This document shows, piece by piece, positions 12,293 through 26,313 of a stretch of 64,000 bases of DNA; the stretch's first letter is position 1, and the number at the start of each line of letters is the position of its first letter. The DNA lies in assembly GCA_012295275.1 (NCBI GenBank), contig CM022665.1:4650001-4714000 (forward strand). Direction: 5' to 3'. A model generated the notes under the pieces. That model made no database searches. It was not told the origin of the DNA and was given only the letters and a program-made list of their open reading frames with translations. The translations under genes and the position numbers were made by a program. The DNA is from Chrysomallon squamiferum. Taxonomy: Eukaryota; Animalia; Mollusca.

Positions 12293-13289
12293 ATGGAATT
12301 TTTTGTAAATTTTGTTGTAATAAATTATTCTGGTGGGCTGTTAAGTTTAATTTTTATGTATTTAACTAGTTCGACCATAAAAGATGTTACTGTTGTTAAT
12401 TATTGAAATAATTTTTTTATTCTATTTTATTTTATTTTATTTATTTATTTTTATTTTTATTTTGTTTTTTATTTTTTATTTTTCTAGTGACAAGAGTGTG
12501 CTAAGAAACGAACATAAATAGAAACTGGCATTTCTCATTTGTGTTTTTTTAATGGAATACAATACACCATACATTCATTTTTATTTATTGTATTATGAAA
12601 TTATAACATGAAAATAACTTAGACAGGATCCTGTCCTTTTAACCGACTCCATCTTTTAAAACATTGAAAAACTAGAAGAGAATAAAAATGATATTCGTAT
12701 CCATATGAAAACAAGTACTTTTGTCATATTAATTTTAATGGAAATAATTACTTTCTGGGGAGACAGATGAACTTTTTATATAGCATTTTAACTATTTTTG
12801 AGAAGAGAAAGATAACATCATATTTCATTATATTTGTGTGACTGTCCCGGTAACATGATCCAACATATAACACGTTGGCAGAAAATTAATTTCTGACAGA
12901 TTCAACTAATATCCGGTTAAAGTATTTCTGATCTAATATATATATATATATACCAAACGTATAATAACATAAGGTAATTGACTACATTTTATACATTTTA
13001 TACCACCGAAAAATAACGACAAAAAACAATTTGTTTAAAACATGTTTTTTTCTTTCTTTCTATCTTTCTTCTTTTTATTATTTATGTAGTAATAGTAATA
13101 ATAGTCGTTGTGGTAGCTGTAGTCATAGCAGTAGTGTTAGTAGATAGTTTTTAATAGTAGTGGTAGTAGTAAAGAAAGGAAGATATGTTTTATTAAACAC
13201 GGTACTAAACCTTTTTTACTTTATTTTATTTTATTTTATTTTATTTTATTTTTCTTTTTTGTACCTTAAATCTACGATATATTGAAGTA

Positions 13290-13770
13290 ATGTCCAAGTG
13301 TTCGTTCTGTACATTATGTCATGATATAAAATCAGCATTCAGGCTACTACCAATATTTCCATGGGATTTCAGTCTGTTACGGTTTAAAATGGATGATCTG
13401 TACTACTACGACATGTGTTTACCCATGGGTGCATCAATCAGTTTTGCTCTGTTTGAAAGGTTTTTCCACTTTTATTCAGTGGGAAGTTGAGAGGCTGTGT
13501 TACATTGTCTGACCGGTTGTGTTGCACTGCCTGGACGATTTTCTTTTGACTGACCGGTTGTGTTGCACTGCCTGGACGATTTTCTTTTGGGGGGTGCAGG
13601 GCAGGGTCAAATAAATATCACAAGCTAAAGGGAAATTTTCATACAACATGTTGCAAGTTGGGAATTCCCATTGGAGAAAAGAAAACTGTGGGACCCGGCA
13701 CATTGTAATTTTGCTCGGTATTGAAACAGATGCAAATGATATTGGGTACTGCGCATGCTTCTGAACAAAT
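13290..13770 (+). mobile_element. Ngaro/DIRS-like RT remnant
   Basis: ORF 13290-13490 reads DIKSAFRLLPIFPWDFSLLRFKMDDLYYYDMCLPMGASISFALFERF, typical of DIRS-group RT. The HCLDDF segment is duplicated. Confidence 0.8.
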
Positions 13771-14879
13771 AGTCTCTCAACTTCCCACTGAATAAAAGTG
13801 GAAAACCTTAAAAGTGGAAAATAAATAAGTAAATAAATAAATAAAGGTTTAGTACTGCGTTTAATAAAACATATGTTCCTTTCTTTACTACTACCACTAC
13901 TACAGTTGATAATCCACTATTAAACACGATCTACTAACACTACTGCTGTGACTACAGCTACCACAACGACTATTACTACATGGGTATAAAATGCATAATG
14001 TAGTCAGTTACCTTGTACTATTATAACTTTGTATATTTACGTTCACTTAAGTCAGCGAAAAAGTGTGAAAACTTTACAGTGTGATGATGGGTAGATGCTG
14101 TGTTAACGCAATATGCTGCAACGTTAATTAATATATGTATAACGTATCATCAGGAATCAGATAACCGGATGTTTATTGAATCTGTTGCAAATTAATTTTG
14201 TGAAAACGTGTTATAAATTGGATCATGTTGCCGGTTCAGTGATACAAATATAATGTCATCTTGCCTTTCATAAAAATAAAGTTCAAATGCTATGTAAAAT
14301 GCACATCTAGGTAAAAAACAAAATTCAATTAAAATTAATAATCTTAATTATATTTAAATAAATAAATAAACAAAGTTAGGAAGATTTAAAAAATAGAGCG
14401 TTTTATTTATATTAGAATGTGATTTCATAATGGAAATCTGACAACAAAAAAAATACCCAGTATTCATATTTTTCAATAATTAACTTTCGTGTTTGTATGT
14501 TTCTCTGTACGAAAAACAAGAAATGCGTTTCTGTTTATCTTCATTTCTTAGCAATAATAAATTTAAAAAAAATAATAATAATATAGATAAAAAATTAAAA
14601 TAAAAACGTAATATAAAATAAAATAACAAAAGTAAGTTCTTCTCTGGTCGAACTAGTTAAATAAATAAAAACTAAACTCTACAACCCACCAAAATAATCA
14701 CATTTTCTAATTTATTAAAACAAAATGTTGAAAAAATTCCATTCTCTATTGCCATAACGTCTCTTCAGAATCGAAAGGTGCGAATGTTTTTTTGTTTTGA
14801 CTATGCGGTCATTTCACTTTAGCAACATATTGCAATAACAGGATGTAGCTATCACCGTATTAATAAGATCTTACATTTT

Positions 14880-14985
14880 ATCTCTCATCTAAGTGAAAAT
14901 AAAAACACCAGTTGGATATAAAGTAACTGAGTTCGATAGCAATTTTATTCATTTCTTCTTCGAGTAATCAGTTTACAGCTCAAAC
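14880..14985 (+). promoter_or_regulatory. g3 core promoter and non-coding exon 1
   Basis: TAAGTGAAAATAAAAACACCAGTTGGATATAAAGTAAC with TATAAA at 14917-14922; donor AAAC|GTAAGT at 14985/14986. Confidence 0.7.
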
Positions 14986-15213
14986 GTAAGTCATAAAGCT
15001 TTTATTTATTCTCATCTCTGTGCTATTACTGGACGTAGAAAATCCAAAAAATAAAAATAAATGAATAACATATAGACAATTTATATGCTATTATTATGTT
15101 CTGATTTTAAAAAAAAATATTCTTATGTTTTGGGTTGCTTTTTTAATTAAATAATTAATTTATTTATTTATTACTACTGATTGCTGTCAGATCTTTTGTG
15201 TATTTTTTTACAG

Positions 15214-16301
<1,088 letters not shown>

Positions 16302-16363
16302 AAGTAAGGCTTTTTCGGTATTTCAGTTGTAACTTATCATACGGTTGTCGTATGTTACTTCAT

Positions 16364-16394
<31 letters not shown>

Positions 16395-16441
16395 TAGATT
16401 TATTTATTTATTTATAATTATTTTTTTTTCTTTCGGAGGTG

Positions 16442-16477
<36 letters not shown>

Positions 16478-17744
16478 TAAAAGTTTTATTTTCCAGTAAT
16501 TTGTTTCTAATTTTATCTTTTCATCTTCTTCTTCATTTCCTCCGTTTTAACTCAACATTGGTTGCAAATATATATATAACATTGGTGTAACAAATATATA
16601 TATATATATATAATGTTCTTTTATCTTTTATATATAACATAAAAGAACATTTTAAAGATTATCAAATGATTATTCCTTTCTTTCAATTTGCTTTTCTTTT
16701 TTATCAGGATACACCTGAAGAACCATGAAGACATTTATTAAGTTTTAAATAAAACTGTTAAACTTCAAAGGTTTTGTTTCTTTGTTCAGTGTATCTACAG
16801 TATGTATGGAAGTATGTATCTGTGAAAGCATGTATGTGTTTCTGCATGTGATAACTGTTTGTGTATTTCGAAGCTATAGAAACTAAATAAATCAGATTTA
16901 TTATAGAAGATTAAAACTCTTCATTCCAGGATAACAAAAATAGTTTAATAAAGTGTAGAAATAACAAATAGTCCAGGTGCTATCTTTGAAAAGAGGGGAA
17001 GTGATTTCAGTATCAGAAGTGTTCAGAAAGATTTGTGACAGATCTAGTTTGAACATCATCGTACGAGTATTTTTGGACCAGCAGTGCTCCCAAATCGTTA
17101 ATTAATGTGAACGATTTGAGCAAAAGACAATTCAAGAAAAAAGTTTATTTAACTAAAGACTGCAGAGGGCCAGCGGTAAGGTTCGAACCGAGTCCCTTTT
17201 CTTTTTCAATAAAAGAACGGAGATTTTTTTTTCTTTTTCTTTTTTTCTTTTTTTTTTTTTTTTTCGGAGAACTGTCGCTGTATCCTGAATGTAAGCGTTC
17301 AATCTAGAACTGGATAACTACAATTGTTCTAGTCCTATACTGTTATAGTCAGTGTTCAAAATTAGCGCTGACAGTTTTAAATGAGTCTTGCGTTTGTTTA
17401 TGTCTATGATACTTTTCTTAGCACAACAAATTCTTAAGATTGTATAATTTTATTTATTTCTCAGTTGATATTTTTTTCGAAAAAAAAAAAGATTGATTAA
17501 AAGAAGTGCATGATCTTTATGTTATATATGAAAAATCTGGTTTTCAGTTATAAAGATTTCTTTATTGGATAAATTACAAGCAAACAAACAAAACAACTCC
17601 TCACTAAAACAAATAAATCAATAAATAAATCAATAAATATATAAATTAAAAAAAAAAATCGAAAATAATATTAGTTGTCAAATAAATAGACAATTTCTAT
17701 GTACAAGTGAGATCTTTCATGATATACAATTATTTACATTTACA

Positions 17745-18150
17745 TGAATACCCCCAAACCCATTTTATTGTTGGATAAAAGTCCTGACCGATGTTGAATA
17801 AAACTAATAACCCAGGACCCTCTGGACACATATGACTGCTCTCATGATGGAGTATGTGACTCGTCAGTGCCAACATGGTATACATGATTCGCTGCTTATA
17901 CCCCTTCTGGTCTTTTTAATCAGAGAGTGGGCAAGAGCCAAGGTTTCCAGTCTGTAACTGCCCTAATTAAACCAGCCCCCCTCCGCAAAATTACTAAGTC
18001 GGCATAACTCATCTTCGGATCCGAAGATCAAGTATATCTGGATTATCTTACCTTCCCCTTCGGTAATTCGTAACCCTTCTGGCAGTGAATCCTTTGATAA
18101 CAAGATGTTTCCTTACAGTTCAGTAGGCGGAACCTGACCCTGGGCCAGTT
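17745..18150 (-). mobile_element. Inverted terminal segment of the Ngaro/DIRS-like element
   Basis: The reverse complement matches 45885-46110 (CAGGGTCAGGTTCCGCCTACTGAACTGTAAGGAAACATCTTGTTATCAAAGGATTCAC versus CAGGGTTAGGTTCCATCTACTGAACTGTAGGGGAACACCTTGTTACAAAAGGATTCAC) and 39590-39850. Confidence 0.65.
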
Positions 18151-18752
18151 TTTTGCGGTGGATGGGCGGGAATTTCTTCCTGTATTCGCCGAAGTGACGC
18201 TCGAATATAACATACGGTTTTATTGGCTTGGCCAGTCAAGTAGGGTTAATTCCCTTTGACCATTAACTCCCCCAACTAGGTTTTTTCCTGGCATTAAATG
18301 GCATTGGCTTACGAATAATCTGAATTAATGCACAGTTATTAGCAAATACACAAACAGTTATCACATGCAGGTTAATTCCATACTTAGACCATTAACAAAT
18401 CCCCCTCTGGACTTTAACGATTTTATTTAAATAATAAATGCATTGTTCTTCAACGAAATTAAAATAAAGGAATAATCATTTGATAATCTTTAAAATGTTC
18501 TTTTATGTTGCATACAAAACATAAAAGAACATTTTATATATATATATTTGTTACACCAATGTTGAGTTAAAACGGAGGAAATAAAGAAGAAGAAGATGAT
18601 AAAAAGATAAAATAAACACAAATTACTGGAAAATAAAATGTTCTGCCATTTAATTGAGAGGTTTCATTGACTTTAAATAATAATAATAATAATAATAATC
18701 ACCTCCGAAAAGTAAAGAAAGAAATAACTAAATAAATAAATAAATAAATCTA

Positions 18753-18784
<32 letters not shown>

Positions 18785-18850
18785 ATATATAAAATAACAT
18801 ACGACAACCGTATGATAAGTTACAACTGAAATATCGAAAAAGACTTACTT

Positions 18851-18934
18851 TTATTCATTTTCATTCAGTTCTTTGACCATCCGCTCGAAATCCTGAGTTG
18901 TGATCTTGGCATTTCCTAACAACAAAAATCATTT

Positions 18935-18996
<62 letters not shown>

Positions 18997-19878
18997 TAAT
19001 AATAATAATAAATGGTATTGTACTGAGAGAAAGAGAGAGAGAGAGTCCATCAAAACAATAATAATATTAGTCCACACTTTTTATAATTTTAAAAATCTCT
19101 TTTTAAAGATACTTTTCATTCAACCCAGATATTGAATCTCAGCATTTTAAACAATTTCATTCTGATCTGTTAACATTACTGTTATCTAGTTTTTAAGATG
19201 ACTTACCATCCTCGCTAAGAAGTTCGAGACTATTCTCAGCGTCTCGTCGACTCATTATTTGTTCAAGTTCTTGTTGGTCCACGATTCCGTCCATGTTGGT
19301 GTCGATCTCCGAAACGTCTTAAATAAATTTATTCATTTAAACTCACAGATAAAGTCACTGAATTAAGCACATTACAATTTAGTGTAAGCAACATTACAGT
19401 AATTAAACTTTGTTCTAAACTGTGTTAAGATATCATATATACCCACACATACGTACCTAAGTTAAAAATAATTTTTAAAAGGATTCTTTTTTATTATTTC
19501 TAAAATGTAAACTATAATTTTGTGAAAAGTATTAATTTAAAACATATAATTCTTTCTCCTTTTTTATTCAGAAAATATATAAATGGATCTAGAAGTTTTA
19601 AACTTCGTAACCTCTTGTTACCATCTTAAAGAGGTTTTCAAGACACAACAGTCTTTCAAAATCCAGCTGTCACATAAATGCTAAACATTATTTAACAAGA
19701 GTGGAACAAAATTATAATTCTCATTCATACCTCGCTTTCCGGAATTTGCTCGCGGTATCCGTTTAAGAATATAGATCACTCGTCTCCAGCGAATTTTGAT
19801 ACGAAATCTTGGCCAAGCGTCGCCCTGATTTAGAACAGAGAACACTAGCACCAGTACAAGAAGAAAAGCAACTCTCAT
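18851..19878 (-). CDS. g4: secreted cationic peptide + EF-hand precursor, 107 aa, intact; mature WPRFRIKIRWRRVIYILKRIPRANS-amide
   Basis: Exons 19878-19731, 19317-19207 and 18915-18851 with canonical splice sites. Signal MRVAFLLVLVLVFSVLNQGDA, then GKR; C-terminus ...DTNMDGIVDQQELEQIMSRRDAENSLELLSEDGNAKITTQDFERMVKELNENE*. Exon 1 donor at ~20098. Confidence 0.85.
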
Positions 19879-21188
19879 CTATAAAAAATATCCAAAAGAT
19901 TTGTTTTTATTTTCAATAAATTAATTAATTAGAATTAATTAAAAAAAAAAAACCAAACAAAAAAATTTATTAAAACCCAGAACATAATAATACATATAAA
20001 TTGTCTGTATATTATTCATTTATTTTTTTTTTTTTGGATTTTCTACGTCCAGAAATGACCATAGCACAGAATGAGAATAAATTCGCTTTATGACTTACTT
20101 TGAGCTGTAAACTGATTACTCGAAGAAGAAATGAATAAAATTGCTATCGAACTCAGTTTTTATATCCAACTGGTTTTTTTTTTCATAGATGAGAAAAAAT
20201 GTGATTTATTAATGGTGATAGTTCCTGTTAATTGAATATGTTTTTAAAGTGAAATGACTAATAGTCAAAACAAAAAACATTCGCACCTTTTTCTGAACAA
20301 ACGTTATTTTGGAATTTTTTCAACATTTTGTTTTAATAAAAAAACTGTGATTATTTTGGTGGGTTGTTGAGTTTTTTTTTTTTTATTTAACTAGTTCGAC
20401 TAGAGAAGAACTTACTTTTTGTTATTTTATTTTATATTACGTTTCTATAAAAAAATTTCTTGTTTTTTTTTATATTATTAAAAAGTCATTTACAAAACAC
20501 GAAAGTTAATCATTGAAAAATATGAATACTGGGTATTATTTTTGTTGTCAGATTTTCATTATGAAATCACATTCTAATATAAATAAAACTCTATATTTTT
20601 TAAATCTTCCTAACTTTGTTTATTTATTTATTTAGTTATATATAATTAAGATTATTAATTTTTTTACCTAGATGTGCATTTTACATAGCATTTGAACTTT
20701 ATATTTATGAAGGGCAAGATGACATTATATTTGTATCACTGTACCGGCAACATGATCCAATGTATAACACGTTTTCACAAAATTAATTTGCAACAGATTC
20801 AACAAACATCCGGTTAACTGATTGCTGATGATACGTTATACATATATTAATTAACGTTGCAACATATTGCATTATCACAGGATCTACCCATCATCACACT
20901 GTAAAGTTTTCACACTTTTTCGCTGACTTAAGTGAACTTAAATATACAAAGTTATACCAGTATAAGGTAACTGACTACATTATACCACTGAAATATAACG
21001 CCGTACTAAACCTTCTTTTATTTTCTATATTTTTTAGATTTATTTATTTATTTATTTAATAGTGGATTATCAACAGTAGTAGTGGTAATAGTAAAGAAAG
21101 GAACATAAGTTTTATTAAACGCCGTACTAAATCTTTTTTTATTTTATGTTTTATTTATTTTTTTATTTTTTTTTTTTTTTTTTATTTA

Positions 21189-21242
<54 letters not shown>

Positions 21243-21893
21243 TTTTTTTTTTATTTCTTTTTATTTCTTTATTTATTTATTTTTATTTTCTTTTTATGAT
21301 ATATTGCAGTATTATCCAAATGTTTGTTCTGTACATTATGTCATGATATAACATCAGCATTCGGACTACTACCAATATTTCCAGGTGATTTCAGTTTGTT
21401 ACGGTTTAAAATGCATGATCTGTACTACTACGACATTATGTTTGTATGACTGTACCGGTAACATGATCCAATCTATAACACGATATCATATCATACTGCA
21501 TTAACACAGCATCAACTTAAAATGCATGATTTACTACGACATTATGTTTGTATGACTGTACCGGTAACATGATCCAATCTATAACACGATATCATATCAT
21601 ACTGCATTAACACAGCATCAACTTATCATCACAATGATAAGTTTTACACTTTGTCGCTAATTTAAATGAATTTAAATATACCATGTTATAATAGTATAAG
21701 GTAACTGACTACATTATCAATTTTAAACACAGAAAAAAATACGAAATAAACAAAAAATATAACTTTAGTGGGTTTCTTTTATATTTCTTTAATATTGTAA
21801 TAGTAATAATAGTCGTTGTGTTAGCCGTAGCATTAACAGTAATGTTATTAGATAATTTTTAATAGTAGTAGTAGCAATGGTAGTAGTAGTAGC

Positions 21894-21933
<40 letters not shown>

Positions 21934-22387
21934 AAAAAAGGAAGATATATTTTACTGAAACCAGGACTAAATTTTTTTCATTTCTTTTTTCTTTTTCTTA
22001 TTACTTTAAATCTATGATATATTGTCTTACATACGTAGCACAAATCAATAATAATAATCAAACAAACAAACAAACAAAATAAAATAAAATAAAATAAAAA
22101 TTGGCAATTTATTTGCTAACATTTTTTGAAATTTTACTCATTTTAACAGTTCTAAGCTACCATAGAATTATTAGTTATTATTTCGTTTTATACTGAGAAA
22201 TCGGGATATTGTTTATTTATTTCTCAGATTGTTGCTGTTGCTGTTTACTATTGTCCATTATTAGTATTATTTAAAAGTAAAAGAAATAATTTATTTATAT
22301 GGCAAATTCAAGACAGCTGTCAGATAAATGCTTAATACTAAACATTATTTAAAAAGAATGGAACCTAAACCTGATTCCCATTCATTC

Positions 22388-22532
22388 CTCGCTTTCCCTT
22401 AACTGCTGCTGTCGCTATTTTCCCGTCTCTTCTAGCAACCTCTCTGACTTGTCTCCAAGAAGTAAACCAAGCGTCGCTCTGATTTAGAACAACGAACACA
22501 ACCACTAGCACAAGAAGAAAACCAATTCTCAT
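22388..22532 (-). pseudogene. g5: orphan exon 2 (WFTSWRQVREVARRDGKIATAAVK-GKR) with a mutated donor and no exons 1, 3 or 4
   Basis: ATG at 22532 follows ATTCAG. The donor reads G|GAATGA instead of G|GTATGA, so the frame runs on to GMNGNQV* (22365). Exon 1 and the TATA box are removed at a junction near 22770. Confidence 0.8.
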
Positions 22533-23230
22533 CTGAATAAAAAATAGACAAAACATTAGACCAAAAAATCAAAACACAAGACATCAACGATGGTAATGTT
22601 AGAAAATAAATTGCTCATTTTTATTTTATTTTATTTTATTTATTCATTTATTATTATTATAGTTATCTTTTTCTTTTTTTTTTTTTTTAACTCGAAATGA
22701 AAATTGGAGAAAAACAATTTAATCAAACATATGATCTGTCTGAATCGGAAAATTAACCAATACATCGTGGACTGAGAAATAAATAAAATTATACAATCTT
22801 AAGAATGTGTTGTGCTAAGAAAGTATCATAGACATGAACAATCGCAAGACTCTTATAAAACTGTCAGCCCTAATGTCGAACACTAACTATAACAGTATAG
22901 TACTAGAACAATGGTAATTTAGTCACAACAATCAGATAAGGGTTATACAAGCAAAACAGCATTTCATATATCCAGATCCAGCTTGAACTATGACTTAATG
23001 CAATAAGTTGCCGAAGTGAAGTGACCCGATAGAAAAAACTAATTTTAAAAAAGCTCCCGACCATTCCATTCTGAACAAAACGATATGGCAATAGAGAATG
23101 GAATTTTTTCACCATTTTGTTTTAATAAATTAGAAACTGTGATTATTTTGGTGTTATGTTGAGTTTAGTTTTTATTTATTTAATTAGTTCGACTAGAAAG
23201 AACTTACTGTTATTATTTTATTTTACTTTA

Positions 23231-23261
<31 letters not shown>

Positions 23262-23262
23262 T

Positions 23263-23309
<47 letters not shown>

Positions 23310-24009
23310 TTTTAATAGGACAAGTCTTTGCTAAGAAACAAAGATAAAAAGAAATTGGCATTTCTCGTTTTTCGTACAGAGAAACATACAAATACGAAAG
23401 TTAATAATTGAAAACTACCCATACCGGATAGCTTTTCTATTATGAAAAGACATTCTAATAAAAATAAAACGTCAGTTTCCCTGTATAATCGATAGTCTTC
23501 TACTTCATAATCATTCTTTTTCATGAAATACTGTATTCTTTAAATCTTCCTAATTTTGTTTAAATTGACTTATTTATTTATTTATAAACAAAAAGATGAC
23601 ATTCTATTTCTGTGACTGTACCGGTAACATAATCCAATGTATAACACGTTTTCACAAAACTAATTTCCAACAGATTCAATAAACATCCGGTTAACTGATT
23701 GCTGCTGATACATTATATATATATCAATTAACGTTGCAACATATTGCATTATCACAGGATCTACCCATCATCACACTGTAAAGTTTTCACACTTTTTCGC
23801 TGACTTAAGTGAACTTAAATATACAAAGTTATACCAGTATAAGGTAACTGACTACATTATACCACTGAAATATAACGCCGTACTAAACCTTTTTCTATTT
23901 TATGATTTATTTTTATTTTTTTTTTTTTTTTTTTTATATACTTATTTATTAATATATATATATTATTCTTTTTTTATCTTAAATATTTGATATATTGCAG
24001 TATTATCCA

Positions 24010-24970
24010 AGTGTTTGTTCTGTACATTATGTCATGATATAAAATCACCATTCGGGGTACTACCAATATTTCCATGGGATTTCAGTTTGTTACGGTTTAA
24101 AATGCATGATCTGTACTACTACTACGACAAGTATTTACCCATGGGTGCATCAATCAAGTTTTGCTCTGTTTGAAAGGTTTTCCACTTTTATTCAGTGGGA
24201 AGTTGAGAGGCAGTGTTTCATTGACTGACCGGTTGTGTTGCACTGCCTGGACGATTTTCTTTTGACTGACCGGTTGTGTTGCACTGTCTGGACGATTTTC
24301 TTGTGACTGACCGGTTGTGTTGCACTGTGTGGACGATTTTCTTTTGACTGACCGGTTGTGTTGCACTGCCTGGACGATTTTCTTTTGGGGGGTGCAGGGC
24401 AGGGTCAAATAAATATCACAAGCTAAAGGGAAATTTTCAGACAACATGTTGCAAGTAAGGAATTCCCATTGGAGAAAAGAAACCTGTGGGACACGACACA
24501 GTCCTAATTTTGCTCGGTATAGAAATAGATGCAAATGATATGGTATTGCGCCTGCTTCTGAACAAATGGTTAGAATTAAGGCATCTCGTAGAGATTACTC
24601 TGAAGGAAAGAAAGGCTACTTTAAAAACATTGCAATCACTAATTGGGTCCCTGAATTTTGCCTGCCAAGTATTTCAACCAGGCCGGGCTTTTATTACATG
24701 AATCACTGGTGCAACAACATGAGTTATAACCAATATCGGAATATCCGGGTTACACAAGGTATGAAGGCAGACGTGAACATGTGGTTACATTTTCTAGACT
24801 ACTGGATTACAGTCATGCCCGACATATTCTGGACCAGCAATATTTTACACTGATAGTGCAGGAGGGTTGTAGAGGATTCGGGGTTTTTCCCAGGAGGACT
24901 GGGCATATGGTCCTGGCCAGAGGACTGGTGCAGTTCTGGATTGTTGAGTAATATCACGTTTCTCGAACCA
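24010..24970 (+). mobile_element. Ngaro/DIRS-like RT-RNase H remnant
   Basis: Frameshifted segments LLGIEIDANDMVLRL, TLKTLQSLIGSLNFACQVFQPGRAF, IRVTQGMKADVNMWLHFL and TDSAGG. Confidence 0.8.
24221..24384 (+). repeat. 4 x 41-bp tandem repeat inside the RT remnant
   Basis: Unit TTGACTGACCGGTTGTGTTGCACTGCCTGGACGATTTTCTT starts at 24221, 24262, 24303 and 24344. Confidence 0.9.
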
Positions 24971-25884
24971 TATTATATTATATTTACAACTGTCAGTATC
25001 TTCGTGTCAGTTTTGAAGGATTGTAAAACAGATTTGAGTAATTAAGTCACGATCCGACCTAAGAAAACCAACCAAAAAAAATACATTAAAAGTACATCGT
25101 GTGCATATATTTATATAGCTGAAAATATTTTATAAAAGATATTTTGTCATCTTTTTCAACACTTTTAGAAATATTAAGAATTTTATTTATTTATTCATTC
25201 ATTCATTCATTATTGTTGTTATCTTTGTTATTCTTATCATAGTCCATTCGTATATCCCAAATGTTGTTTCTAAATAAAAAAAATCAATAATTTTATTATC
25301 CGTCCCCCCCTCAACAAAAGGTTAAACAACAAATATTGCGAAACAAAATTCTGTCAGGTATATATTGTGTTATTTAAATATTCAAAACGTAAGGTTTGAA
25401 AAATGTTTCTATTAAGTTGTGCACTTGTTATAAATTTAAAATGCAGTGACAGGGAGACATCAATAGTCTTTAAGTAATGGTTGATTTACTCTTTTCGTTA
25501 GCAAGGGATCCCTTGTGTACACTTTAGAAAACAGACTGTCGTACACGCAAAATATATAAATCCTTCTTAATGATGCAACTTCTCTAACAGGTACTGACAT
25601 AATTATCGAGAAAAAAAAAAAAAAAAAAAAAAAACACCGTTGACAGTCAAATTAATATTAAAATGCAACAAAATAAAACAACAACATGATAATGACAATA
25701 ATAAATAAATTAAGATAAATCCAGACAAAAAAAAAAAAATTTCGATTCGAGTGTAATATGTATCATTAACTGCATTAATTACTTTGAGATTAGATTACAC
25801 AATCTCGCCTCCAGTAATGAGATTTTTTGTTTATTTTCTGAGTATCGCAACAGATTGCTTCAACAGGATCTGCTGTTTTAATAC

Positions 25885-26003
25885 GTTTTCACACTGTATC
25901 GCTGATTTAAGTGAAAACAAAAACACCAGTTTAGTATAAAGTAACTGACTTCAGGAGACAAGTTATTCATTCAATCCTCGACTGACCGATTTACGATTTA
26001 AAG
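25885..26003 (+). promoter_or_regulatory. g6 core promoter and non-coding exon 1
   Basis: TAAGTGAAAACAAAAACACCAGTTTAGTATAAAGTAAC with TATAAA at 25935-25940; TCATTC Inr-like site near 25967; donor AAAG|GTAAGC at 26003/26004. Confidence 0.72.
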
Positions 26004-26313
26004 GTAAGCCTTAAAGCTCATTTGTCTGAAACCTAGTATTTAGTGTATTTTCGATTTATTCTTCTAATATTGACACACTCCAAGTTTAATGCGTGCAGTT
26101 AATAGTGCAATATAATTTATAATTTATATTAATATTACAGTAATTTTCAAAATGTGCGCGAACGTTTTGCTATCGTTATTAATTTTAATTCTTTCATTTT
26201 AATTTTGAATTAAATGTTTGAAAGTGCAACATCTATAAAAGTACCACAATTGCTATTCAGCCGATTTAGTTGCTATTGTCTTAATTTAAATGTTTTGTCT
26301 ATTTTTTCTACAG

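Noticed and set aside
17155-17210. GGTTCGAACC B-box-like motif followed by a T-rich tract (copies at ~11014, ~40345, ~46531) as a tRNA or SINE
   Set aside because: No cloverleaf and no convincing A box at the right spacing; at most an unrecognisable SINE relic.
24221-24384. Regularly spaced 41-bp repeats as a CRISPR array
   Set aside because: The units are head-to-tail with no unique spacers, lie in an RT remnant, and the DNA is eukaryotic.
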